DNA of 38,926 bases, taken from sequence record SRR31156797_7709. One strand, 5' to 3'. Both the position numbers and the translations under genes were made by a program. Every line of letters starts with the position of its first letter. Positions within the stretch are counted from its first letter, which is position 1. The notes under the pieces are model-generated. The model saw nothing but the letters and a program-made list of their open reading frames with translations, made no database searches and was not told the origin of the DNA. Positions 9,452-17,795 of the stretch are shown one piece after another.

Positions 9452-10551
9452 AGCTGGGTGCGATTATTTTAGCAGCGGGATACTCTTCCCGTATGGACGG
9501 GTTTAAACCGCTTATGCGCCTTGGGGAACATTGTCTTGTCGGGCATAATATACGGCTTTTTAAAACAAAGGGTATTGACCGAGTCGTAGTTGTGGTTGGG
9601 CACCGGCATGAAGAAGTCGAAGCCGAGGTGCAAAGGCAAGGTGCGGAACCACTCTATAATCCTGATTTTGATAAGGGAATGTTTTCATCTGTGTGTACGG
9701 CAGTGTTGAGAATGTCGGAGCTGGATGGTTTTTTCCTCCTGCCGGTGGATATTCCGTTGGTTCGCCCGGTGACCATAGACCTGCTTGAATCCGGCTTTGA
9801 TGGTACAAAGGTGATGTATCCTTGTCGTGACGGTATGCGGGGACACCCGCCGCTCATTCCTGGTTGTTTTGTCAAGGAGATCATCGAATATAATGGTGAA
9901 GGCGGGTTGCGAACCCTGCTGCAGCGTTTTCCAGGTAAAGATGTGCCGGTTTGGGATGACGGTGCTTTTATGGATGCAGATGCTCCCGAGGATTTTGCTC
10001 GGCTTGCTGATCGTTTGTCGAGAATGGAAAAAGGATCGCGAGTTGAGGCTGAATCCATTGCAGCAATGCGTATGCCGCAGCGGGGAATAGCACATGGGCA
10101 GGCTGTTGCCAAAGTTGCATGTACTTTGGCCAGGGAATTGGCTCGGAATGGGAACGATATGGATCTGGATATCGTATATAACGGAGCACTCCTCCATGAC
10201 GTGGCCAAGGGGCAGCCGCAGCATGAAGCACGGGGGGCGGAAATGATGCGCATGTGTGGTCTAGGGCAACTGGCCGATGTGGTTGGCAGTCACCGTGATG
10301 CATTACCGGTAGCGCCGGAAAAGGTGGGGGAAAAAGAGGTGGTCTGTCTGGCTGATAAACTTGTCCGTGGGGATCGTTTGGTCTCGGTTAGTGAGCGGTT
10401 CGAAGAGAAACTCAGTTTTTATAAAGATGACCCGGAAGCCTGTAAGGCAATTCGATCGCGGATGAACATAGCCATTGCTCTGCAGAAGGCCGTGGAACAG
10501 GCAACATCGAAGACTATTGAGCAGTTGCTCGGTGCCGAGGGGAAAGGGTGA
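9448..10551 (+). CDS. MocA-like nucleotidyltransferase fused to a C-terminal HD domain (DVU_1551-like)
   Basis: IILAAGYSSRM, GMFSS, PVDIP and GHPP in the N-terminal part. H...LLHDVAKG..H...H...LADK in the C-terminal part. Confidence 0.87.
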   Translation: MKLGAIILAAGYSSRMDGFKPLMRLGEHCLVGHNIRLFKTKGIDRVVVVVGHRHEEVEAEVQRQGAEPLYNPDFDKGMFSSVCTAVLRMSELDGFFLLPVDIPLVRPVTIDLLESGFDGTKVMYPCRDGMRGHPPLIPGCFVKEIIEYNGEGGLRTLLQRFPGKDVPVWDDGAFMDADAPEDFARLADRLSRMEKGSRVEAESIAAMRMPQRGIAHGQAVAKVACTLARELARNGNDMDLDIVYNGALLHDVAKGQPQHEARGAEMMRMCGLGQLADVVGSHRDALPVAPEKVGEKEVVCLADKLVRGDRLVSVSERFEEKLSFYKDDPEACKAIRSRMNIAIALQKAVEQATSKTIEQLLGAEGKG

Positions 10552-11150
10552 GCACCATCTATCTTATTCGGCATGGTGAAATTTCTGCATCTTCGCCACG
10601 TCGCTTCATAGGCCAAAGCGATTTAGAACTGACTGCACACGGGCGAGAGCAGGTGAAAAGTATCGGTAAATACTTGACGACCTCTTCTATTGATAGAGTC
10701 GTCTCCAGCCCCTTGCTACGCTGCCGCGAGAGCGCAGACATCATCGGGTCTGCCGTCGGATGCAGTCCTGAAATCATAAACGAGTTGAGCGAAATTGCTC
10801 TGGGAGCATGGGAGGGGTTGAGCGTAGTCGATGTTCAACGGCAGTACCCAGGAGAATATGAAGCGCGCGGCAAAGATATTACCGGATACCGTCCTCTGGG
10901 TGGGGAAAGTTTTGCAGATTTACTCAAACGGGTATGGCCTGCATTTGTCGAGTTGGTGGAGGCTGGTAACGAGAAAACAGCTGTGTTAACACATGCAGGA
11001 GTTATCCGGGTTCTTCTCTGTCATCTTTTGGGAATGCCCCTTGTAAATTTATTTCGCCTGGGGCAGAGTTATGGCTGCATCAACGTGGTGTACTTTGACA
11101 AGGGGAAGTATCGTCTGGAATGTATCAATAGGACCGTAAACAACCGGTGA
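10548..11150 (+). CDS. Histidine phosphatase family protein (CobC/GpmB-like)
   Basis: RHGE, SSPLLRC, GESF and THAGVIR. GTG start overlaps the upstream TGA. Confidence 0.88.
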   Translation: MSTIYLIRHGEISASSPRRFIGQSDLELTAHGREQVKSIGKYLTTSSIDRVVSSPLLRCRESADIIGSAVGCSPEIINELSEIALGAWEGLSVVDVQRQYPGEYEARGKDITGYRPLGGESFADLLKRVWPAFVELVEAGNEKTAVLTHAGVIRVLLCHLLGMPLVNLFRLGQSYGCINVVYFDKGKYRLECINRTVNNR

Positions 11151-11264
11151 GTGAAAGGTAAGCGTTTCTTGCTCTGTCCCTATTCTCCCTCCCCTTGTCC
11201 AGCCCATGCAGGTGTAAACAAATTCTTCATAATTTTGCTGACGGGGAATTCACAGCCCCGAAAA

Positions 11265-11305
11265 AGCTTATTGAAGCAACGCTGTTAGCGATGTTTCAAT
11301 AAGCT
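11265..11305. terminator. Stem-loop between convergent operons; U-tract on the minus (ilvBN) strand
   Basis: Arms AGCTTATTGAA / TTCAATAAGCT with an inner CGCT/AGCG stem. A-run at 11261-11265. Confidence 0.7.
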
Positions 11306-11332
11306 GGTTAAAGGGCGAAATCTGGATAATTT

Positions 11333-11806
11333 CTACTGTTTTTCCATGGCAGTTACCCCGGTGCGGGCTATCTCAATGATATATTCTCTGCCGATTTCAT
11401 CAAGAAAGGAATCAATCTGCCTGGTGGAACCTGCAACCTGCAGGATATAGGCATCTTCGCTCTTTTTCTCAAGTACTTCGAAATTATAACGACCATGAAA
11501 AGCTTCGAGATGGGCGGCATCTACCTCCAGTTGGATGATGGCTACCTCTCGCCAGTAGCTGTGGTCGGTATCAAGTTCTTTTGCAGAAATAACTTCGGTG
11601 AATTTTTCCAGTTGTTTGATTATCTGCTCGACTTTGGCTTCGTCATCCTCGCGCAGGGTAATGGTCATCCGGCTGATCCCGGGGACTCGAGAGCTGCATA
11701 CTGTTAATGTATCGACATTGTACATCTTTTTCCTGATCAACATCGATACCTTGTTAAGGACCCCAGGGCGATCAAGCATAAAGGTAAGTATCGCACGTCG
11801 GATCAT
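11333..11806 (-). CDS. ilvN: Acetolactate synthase small (regulatory, ACT) subunit
   Basis: DRPGVL..V...MYNVDTL, SRMTI, QIIKQLEK and EIARTG. Overlaps the ilvB stop. Confidence 0.9.
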   Translation of the reverse strand: MIRRAILTFMLDRPGVLNKVSMLIRKKMYNVDTLTVCSSRVPGISRMTITLREDDEAKVEQIIKQLEKFTEVISAKELDTDHSYWREVAIIQLEVDAAHLEAFHGRYNFEVLEKKSEDAYILQVAGSTRQIDSFLDEIGREYIIEIARTGVTAMEKQ

Positions 11807-13581
11807 GATTCTTCTCCATTCTTCTCTGTGGTTGCTGAAGGCTTCTCTGGTTCCAGCGATGGACGTTTGATAATCATGTCGTCAAAACCTCCACCGGCAG
11901 GGATCATAGGTAAGATAACTTCGTTGGGGTCGCAAATGAATTCCAGAATAATCGCTCCTTGATGGTCAATGGCCTGCTGCAGTGCGGGTACGATTTCTTC
12001 GGGTGTTTCTATCTTGATGTAGGGGATATCATATGCTTGAGCAATGCTGCCAAAATCGGGGCTTTGCATTGGCGTTCCTGCATATCGGCCGTCAAAAAAC
12101 AACGTCTGCCATTGCCGCACCATGCCGAGGTAGCCGTTGTTAAGTACAAGGATCTTGATGTCGACCTGCTGCTCCATGATGGTGCCCAGCTCCTGCATGT
12201 TCATCTGGAACCCACCGTCACCGCTGATGGACCACACTCGCTCTGTTGGGCGCGCCAGCTTGACCCCGATTGCCAGCGGCAGGGATGCCCCCATGGTCCC
12301 GGCGCCACCGGAGGCAAACCAGCTGTTCTCGGTCTGGTAGTTATAGAAACGGGCGGTCATCATCTGGTGCTGGCCAACATCAGGAACTATTAGATCTTTC
12401 CCCTCTGTTAGCTCCGAGAGTTGATGGACAATGGATTTCATCAACAACTTGCCTGCATCACCAACCGAACTTTCAATTTCCTGCTGCAGGTCTTCCTCCA
12501 TCAGTTGGCGGTAAAGGTTGATTTTTTCAAACCACCGTTTGCGGGGCTTAAACGTGAGCATGGGGTCTCCGAGCATCACGTGAAGAGTGCGGTATACGTC
12601 GGCATTGATTGCCACGCTGGTTGCCACATTTTTATTAATTTCTGAAGGATCAATTTCTACATGGATGACATCCGCGTTCTGCGCATACTCATTGAGTTTG
12701 CCTGTCACACGATCATCAAAGCGCATCCCAAAAGAGATCAGCAAGTCAGCTTCCATAATTGCCCGGTTTGCCTCGACCGTACCGTGCATTCCCATCATGC
12801 CTAGGCTTAAGGGATGGTCGGCAGGTAATGCGGAGATGCCGTGAAAAGTAAAAGCAATGGGGATATTGACCTTTTCGGCAAATTTTTGCAGCATTGTACC
12901 TGCATTGCTGCTGATGACTCCATGGCCACAGAACAGGACTGGTCGCTGACTCCTGTTAATCAGGGTGATTGCTTTTTGCATCACCTCCCTTTCCGGGGAA
13001 GGGTGAAAAAAGAAACCAGGCAGATCTGGCTGGAAATTGTTGGCATCAAATTGATACTCTTCAGGAACCTGTTGGTCTTGAACATCTTTTGGGATATCTA
13101 TCAGCACTGGACCGGTTCGGCCTGTTGCAGCAACATAAAAAGCTTCATGTACAGTAGGCTCGACCTCTTCTGCTGCCAGCGGCATGTAGGTCTGTTTGCA
13201 GATAGGCATCATTACCCCAACCACATCGCTTTCCTGAAAGGCATCAGTGGCTATCACCCCTGTGGCTACCTGACCTGTGACTGCAATAACAGGTATCGAG
13301 TCCATGTAGGCATCGGCAATACCGGTTGTCAGATTCATTGCTCCAGGACCTGAAGTGGCCATACAGACGCCGATTTGCGGGTTCTGGGTAGAGAGTGAAG
13401 CCCTGGAAATTCCCTGGGCCATAAATGTTGCCCCTTGCTCGTTACGAGACATGACAAAGTGGAAGTCACCTAGTTTGTCCATCTCATCAAAAATTGGCAT
13501 AATGGCCCCGCCAGTGTACCCGAAAATATACTTGACGCCCTTTGCCTTCAACGCCTGCAGCATCTTTTTCTTTCCTGTCAT
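11803..13581 (-). CDS. ilvB: Acetolactate synthase large subunit, biosynthetic type
   Basis: IFGYTGGA, RNEQGA, TSGPGA, DAFQE, GMRFDDRVTG, DVGQHQM, ThDP motif GDGGFQMN...NN and GMVRQWQ. Confidence 0.94.
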   Translation of the reverse strand: MTGKKKMLQALKAKGVKYIFGYTGGAIMPIFDEMDKLGDFHFVMSRNEQGATFMAQGISRASLSTQNPQIGVCMATSGPGAMNLTTGIADAYMDSIPVIAVTGQVATGVIATDAFQESDVVGVMMPICKQTYMPLAAEEVEPTVHEAFYVAATGRTGPVLIDIPKDVQDQQVPEEYQFDANNFQPDLPGFFFHPSPEREVMQKAITLINRSQRPVLFCGHGVISSNAGTMLQKFAEKVNIPIAFTFHGISALPADHPLSLGMMGMHGTVEANRAIMEADLLISFGMRFDDRVTGKLNEYAQNADVIHVEIDPSEINKNVATSVAINADVYRTLHVMLGDPMLTFKPRKRWFEKINLYRQLMEEDLQQEIESSVGDAGKLLMKSIVHQLSELTEGKDLIVPDVGQHQMMTARFYNYQTENSWFASGGAGTMGASLPLAIGVKLARPTERVWSISGDGGFQMNMQELGTIMEQQVDIKILVLNNGYLGMVRQWQTLFFDGRYAGTPMQSPDFGSIAQAYDIPYIKIETPEEIVPALQQAIDHQGAIILEFICDPNEVILPMIPAGGGFDDMIIKRPSLEPEKPSATTEKNGEES

Positions 13582-13760
13582 GACGACCTCAATATATGTT
13601 TGTTCGTTTGGGTAAGATTGTTAACTCCTGCCTGAAACGACGCGCTTGCTCACCTGGAAAAACGGTTTTTTAAAATTATGGGAGCGTAGGCTGGAGTTGT
13701 TGCGGGTGTAGTGTGCACCACTCAAATTGTTTGGAGTCCTTCTTTTGCTACATACCACAT

Positions 13761-13788
13761 GCGGGTAAAGGTGCAAACATTTACCCGC
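13761..13788. promoter_or_regulatory. Inverted repeat upstream of ilvB (candidate operator or hairpin)
   Basis: GCGGGTAAA-N10-TTTACCCGC with perfect 9-bp arms. Confidence 0.4.
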
Positions 13789-13880
13789 TGACTTTCATTT
13801 TTATCCATATAAAAGAGAGTTAACGGACATTTCTGTTCTCTTGATGAGACCGGTGAAACAGGATTGCTGGTTGGTTCAAA

Positions 13881-13910
13881 TGCACCACCATAAGTGGTAG
13901 TTATGCACCA
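13881..13910 (+). promoter_or_regulatory. Candidate enhancer (bEBP/NtrC-like half-sites)
   Basis: TGCACCA at 13881 and 13904, about 115-140 bp upstream of the predicted sigma54 start site. Confidence 0.45.
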
Positions 13911-13993
13911 GTTTGCCGTAAGCGTGATTGATGTGCTGTTGAGTTTTCCTGTCAGGATAAGTCGTTAACGGATTTTTCCATTCAATGGAGCAG

Positions 13994-14010
13994 TGGCATA
14001 CCCTTTGCTA
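13994..14010 (+). promoter_or_regulatory. Sigma54 (-24/-12) promoter
   Basis: TGGCATACCCTTTGCTA: exact GG-N10-GC spacing and a close match to TGGCAC-N5-TTGCW. Confidence 0.72.
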
Positions 14011-14104
14011 GGCTGTATCTGTATGTACTTTGAACTTTGATATTAGGAAGGTGTGCCACCGAGTGGTTCCTTGATGAAGTTGAATGTTTACAAAACAGGA
14101 GAGA

Positions 14105-14968
14105 ATGATGAAGCACCGGAAAAAAGTGGGTACAGTTCTAACCATATTCAGTTTACTCATGCTTATTTCGGCATGTACTGATTTGACGCCTATACAAGAA
14201 TGGTCTAGCACATCGCTTGAAGCAACTCAGTATAACAAGTTGGTCATGACGTATTCTAGCACTCCAGAGAGAATGAAACGATATGATCCGTCACAGACAT
14301 GGGATGACATTCTTAATTCGCGTAAGAATCAATCTTTAGCACTTAAAGAGCTGCTTGTGGTTGTTTCAGATTATATGAGTGTTTTAGCAGCTCTCTCGGC
14401 CGATAGTACAGTTGATTACAGCAAAGATGTTGATACTCTTAGCAAGAGTGTTGCGAAGTTCAATGCTGGGATTACATCTGGTAATAAACAAATTTCCCCG
14501 GAAACGGTTGAGGCAGCCGGGGCATTAGTTAAAACAATATTGAATGCAGCCGCTAAATTGTACCAAGCTAAACAAGTTAGAAATGTTGTTGAACAGGCAA
14601 ATGAACCACTGCAAAAAATTATAGGGAAACAAGGTGATTTGTTTCAAGTTGTTGATAAGGATTTTCGTCGTGATTTAGTGATAGAAGCAACGGAAATAGA
14701 TGGTTATTACGATAAGTTGTCAAGAATCGGTAATCCTTCGGATGCTGCTAAAGAGTCCATGGCAGAATGGAAAGAAGTGCGTATAGAGCAAAATGCAAAA
14801 CAATTAACAGCTATTGATGCCTACTTGGAAATTCTTGGCAACATCGCAATGGGGCACCAAGAACTTTACAATAACCGCAATACGCTTGATTCCGAAGAAT
14901 TGGTTAAGCAGTTACGTGTACTTGTGGTGGAACTTCGTAAGCAGATTCAGATACTTGCTCAATCTTAA
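14105..14968 (+). CDS. Hypothetical lipoprotein, probably alpha-helical
   Basis: RBS AGGAGA. Basic N-region KHRKK, hydrophobic core and lipobox ISAC (Cys24). AT-rich. Start is 14105 or 14108. Confidence 0.8.
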   Translation: MMKHRKKVGTVLTIFSLLMLISACTDLTPIQEWSSTSLEATQYNKLVMTYSSTPERMKRYDPSQTWDDILNSRKNQSLALKELLVVVSDYMSVLAALSADSTVDYSKDVDTLSKSVAKFNAGITSGNKQISPETVEAAGALVKTILNAAAKLYQAKQVRNVVEQANEPLQKIIGKQGDLFQVVDKDFRRDLVIEATEIDGYYDKLSRIGNPSDAAKESMAEWKEVRIEQNAKQLTAIDAYLEILGNIAMGHQELYNNRNTLDSEELVKQLRVLVVELRKQIQILAQS

Positions 14969-14983
14969 TTAGGGGTGATGAAA

Positions 14984-15400
14984 ATGTCTATAAGTGTAGA
15001 ACAAGCACGTGCCGTTGCAGATGAATTTATGATAGCCGCCCAAACTATTGATGCCTATTTAGACAAAAATTTTAACAACATTACCAGAGCAGAGTATGAA
15101 TACCTTTATGAATCATTCAAGACATTGCTACGTATTTCTAGTTTTGCGACCACTATAGCTGTCGGCCTTGCCATTGAAGAAACGACTGCGTCTGTGAAAC
15201 CACTGGAGTCAGTTATATCGGAAGCAAACCAGACCATTGAAAAGTTACAAAAGGTAGGGCAGGTTATACGATTAACTGCTTCGTTAACAGACCTTGCGGC
15301 TGGCATTGTGTCGCAAGACCCCCGGGCTGTCATCGCGTCTGCTAAAAATATAACAGCCACAGTAACTGCAATAAATAAAGAAGAAGAGCTTGAAGCGTAA
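14984..15400 (+). CDS. Hypothetical helical protein (about 138 aa)
   Basis: Open frame starting just after the lipoprotein stop, RBS AGGGGTGA. Alternative starts at 14975 and 14978. No recognisable motif. Confidence 0.78.
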   Translation: MSISVEQARAVADEFMIAAQTIDAYLDKNFNNITRAEYEYLYESFKTLLRISSFATTIAVGLAIEETTASVKPLESVISEANQTIEKLQKVGQVIRLTASLTDLAAGIVSQDPRAVIASAKNITATVTAINKEEELEA

Positions 15401-15465
15401 ATATGGATAAAGGTTGATATGCAAGATGCACTAGTTAAAAATAAAAAATGATGGGAGACGCTGGC

Positions 15466-16425
15466 ATGCTGTTTATAACGAATAGAGAGCCGAAAGGTTC
15501 AATACGTACAAGAAATGGTCGTGTATACAAATTTGATTTAAATAAAAATGCACCGTCAAATTCTATTTTTTGTTGTAATCGATTAGGGCGCGATGACTAT
15601 ATTGAAATTGGCTCCGAGGGGCTGATGTTGCAGCTTAAAGAAAGCAGAGCAAAGCAGTTACTGTTTTTTATCCATGGCTTTTCGAATTTGCCTGAAGAAA
15701 ACATTTTTCCAAGGGCAAGTTTGTTGCAAGAATATTTTAATTTAAAAGAGCCTGATCTGGTTGAAGTCGTACCAATAATATGGCCATGTGACAATGATTT
15801 TGGAATAGTAAAAGACTATTGGGATGATCAAAAATCAGCTGATAACAGTGCCTTTTCATTTGCACGGGTTCTGCAACTTTTTATGGCATGGAGAGATAAA
15901 GCTCCTGAAAATGCGCCATGCTTAAAACGTATCAACATCCTCGCACACTCCATGGGGAACCGAGTACTCAGGGAGACACTTTCTGCATGGAATAAATATG
16001 ATCTGGCAAATGGGGTTCCACTGCTGTTTAGAAACACGTTTTTAATGGCAGCAGACATTGTTAATGAATCACTCGAAAAAGGAGAGCCTGGAAATTTAAT
16101 TAGTCAGGCTTCTAGAAATGTTTCTGTATATTTCGCCTCAGATGACCTTGCTCTGCGGTCAAGTAAAGTATCTAATTTGAAAAATAAAGTAGCATCAAGA
16201 AGGCTTGGACATACAGGGCCGGAAGATATGAAAAAGACTCTGCCAAATGTCTATGCAATTGATTGTGATAATTTTAACAATAAATATGATTCCCCTAAAG
16301 GCCATTCTTACTTCCTCGATGACGATAATGGAAATGTCGGTGTCGTCTTTGATCATTTATTTAACTCGATAAAGTCAGGCAGGGTGGCTGTCGATGATGA
16401 GAGGGGACGAAAGCATATACTCTGA
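15466..16425 (+). CDS. Alpha/beta hydrolase (DUF900-like esterase)
   Basis: FFIHGFSN, nucleophile elbow AHSMG, SDDLAL, RLG and HSYF. GGAGA RBS before ATG 15466; the maximal ORF starts at 15448. Confidence 0.85.
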   Translation: MLFITNREPKGSIRTRNGRVYKFDLNKNAPSNSIFCCNRLGRDDYIEIGSEGLMLQLKESRAKQLLFFIHGFSNLPEENIFPRASLLQEYFNLKEPDLVEVVPIIWPCDNDFGIVKDYWDDQKSADNSAFSFARVLQLFMAWRDKAPENAPCLKRINILAHSMGNRVLRETLSAWNKYDLANGVPLLFRNTFLMAADIVNESLEKGEPGNLISQASRNVSVYFASDDLALRSSKVSNLKNKVASRRLGHTGPEDMKKTLPNVYAIDCDNFNNKYDSPKGHSYFLDDDNGNVGVVFDHLFNSIKSGRVAVDDERGRKHIL

Positions 16426-16564
16426 ACCTTATAGGTAGACTATGGTATGAATAAGTTAATTGCGATGGGCTCTGGTAGAGTAGCCTCTGTTAAAAAAGGT
16501 AAAGGCTGCATAGTCTGTGTACCTTTGAACAGCAGTTGACAATTAACTTCGCCAATATATGACC

Positions 16565-16628
16565 GCATCCTCTTTTTAACTCTACGAGCATTAAGTAGGT
16601 AAATTTCAAAAAGGGGATGCTCTTTTTC
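16565..16628 (+). terminator. Possible terminator after the hydrolase cassette
   Basis: GCATCCTCTTTTT / AAAAAGGGGATGC (13 bp, one G.U pair, 30-nt loop) followed by TCTTTTTC. Confidence 0.4.
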
Positions 16629-16795
16629 ATGTAGCCCGTTCCCTTTTTAAAATTTTGTCAGGATTTTTTTCTTGTAACAAATAGCGTGGTAACAAAAGTT
16701 GTTAATCAGGATATCATGACCTGTCCCTTTTTTCGGGCGTTTTGGGGTGACCGGTTGAGTCGTCAGGGCGATAAATTTCATAACAGAGAAAAGTA

Positions 16796-17626
16796 ATGGC
16801 GTACCATTTTACACGAACATACAGAGGGAAAATTAAACTGGTTGTCTTTGATTGGGCCGGGACTACCGTGGATTACGGGTGTCAGGCACCGGTAGGTGCT
16901 TTTGTGGCAGGCTTTAAAGCCAAAGGAGTTGCTGTCGGTATGGCAATCGCCAGAATTCCCATGGGCATGGAAAAACGTGACCATATTAAGACGGTGGCAG
17001 CGTACGATAAGGTAAGGCGTGCTTGGCAAGAGGTCCATGGGCGGGACGTTACCGAAGACGATATCGATTCCATGTATGACGATTTTTCCGACCTGTTGCT
17101 CAGGTGTATCCGTGAGCAAAGTAAACTGCTGCCCGGTGTTGTGGAAACGGTGGGTGCGTTAAGAGCGGACGGGATAAAGATTGGTGCCAGCACCGGTTAT
17201 TTTACAGAGGCTGCTGATAGGGTGGTTGAAGGAGCGGCAAGGGAAGGCTATCGTCCCGATTTCACAATCTGTTCTTCTGACGTTTCTGCCGGACGTCCTG
17301 CTCCATGGATGATCTACCGGACAATGGAGGCCCTTGCTGTGCATCCGCCCGAAGCTGTCATAAATGTCGGTGACACTCCGGTGGATATGGCTACCGGACT
17401 CAACGGCGGGGTCTGGTCAGTAGGAGTTGCAGGGACTGGCAATCAGATGGGTTTGTCAGAAGAGGAGGCCAAAAGCCTGGATTCTGAAGAATACAACCAG
17501 CTGTTGGTGAGCGCCCGCGGAAGTCTGTATCAGGCAGGGGCTCACTACGTTGTTGACACCATGGAGCAGGTTCCGGCGATTGTTGAAGAGATAAATGCTC
17601 GCTTGGCAGTGGGAGATAAACCGTAG
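16796..17626 (+). CDS. phnX: Phosphonoacetaldehyde hydrolase (phosphonatase)
   Basis: HAD motif FDWAGTTVDYG, Schiff-base lysine in PMGMEKRDHI, GRPAPWM and VGDT. Confidence 0.93.
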   Translation: MAYHFTRTYRGKIKLVVFDWAGTTVDYGCQAPVGAFVAGFKAKGVAVGMAIARIPMGMEKRDHIKTVAAYDKVRRAWQEVHGRDVTEDDIDSMYDDFSDLLLRCIREQSKLLPGVVETVGALRADGIKIGASTGYFTEAADRVVEGAAREGYRPDFTICSSDVSAGRPAPWMIYRTMEALAVHPPEAVINVGDTPVDMATGLNGGVWSVGVAGTGNQMGLSEEEAKSLDSEEYNQLLVSARGSLYQAGAHYVVDTMEQVPAIVEEINARLAVGDKP

Positions 17627-17680
17627 GGCTAAGCGCACAACCCTGTGTCTATAAATATTCAGATATTGCTGCACTTTTTT

Positions 17681-17709
17681 TTGGCATCTTAAAATATGAG
17701 CGATATAAT
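17681..17709 (+). promoter_or_regulatory. Sigma70-type promoter for the hox operon
   Basis: TTGGCA-17 bp-TATAAT. Confidence 0.65.
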
Positions 17710-17795
17710 AAAGCTATAACCTCTAACCCTTACGGGTTTTTATATGCCTGCTTTCTGGTCAAGGATAAGAAGTAGGCTTATCGAGGAGGAAGCTG

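Noticed and set aside
13582-13860. Branched-chain amino acid attenuator leader for ilvBN
   Set aside because: Only a 9-codon ORF (MSVNSLLYG) with no run of Ile/Leu/Val codons was found, and the following hairpin has no U-tract.
13900-16700. Mobile element boundaries around the AT-rich cassette
   Set aside because: No integrase, transposase, tRNA or flanking direct repeats were recognised; only composition suggests foreign origin.
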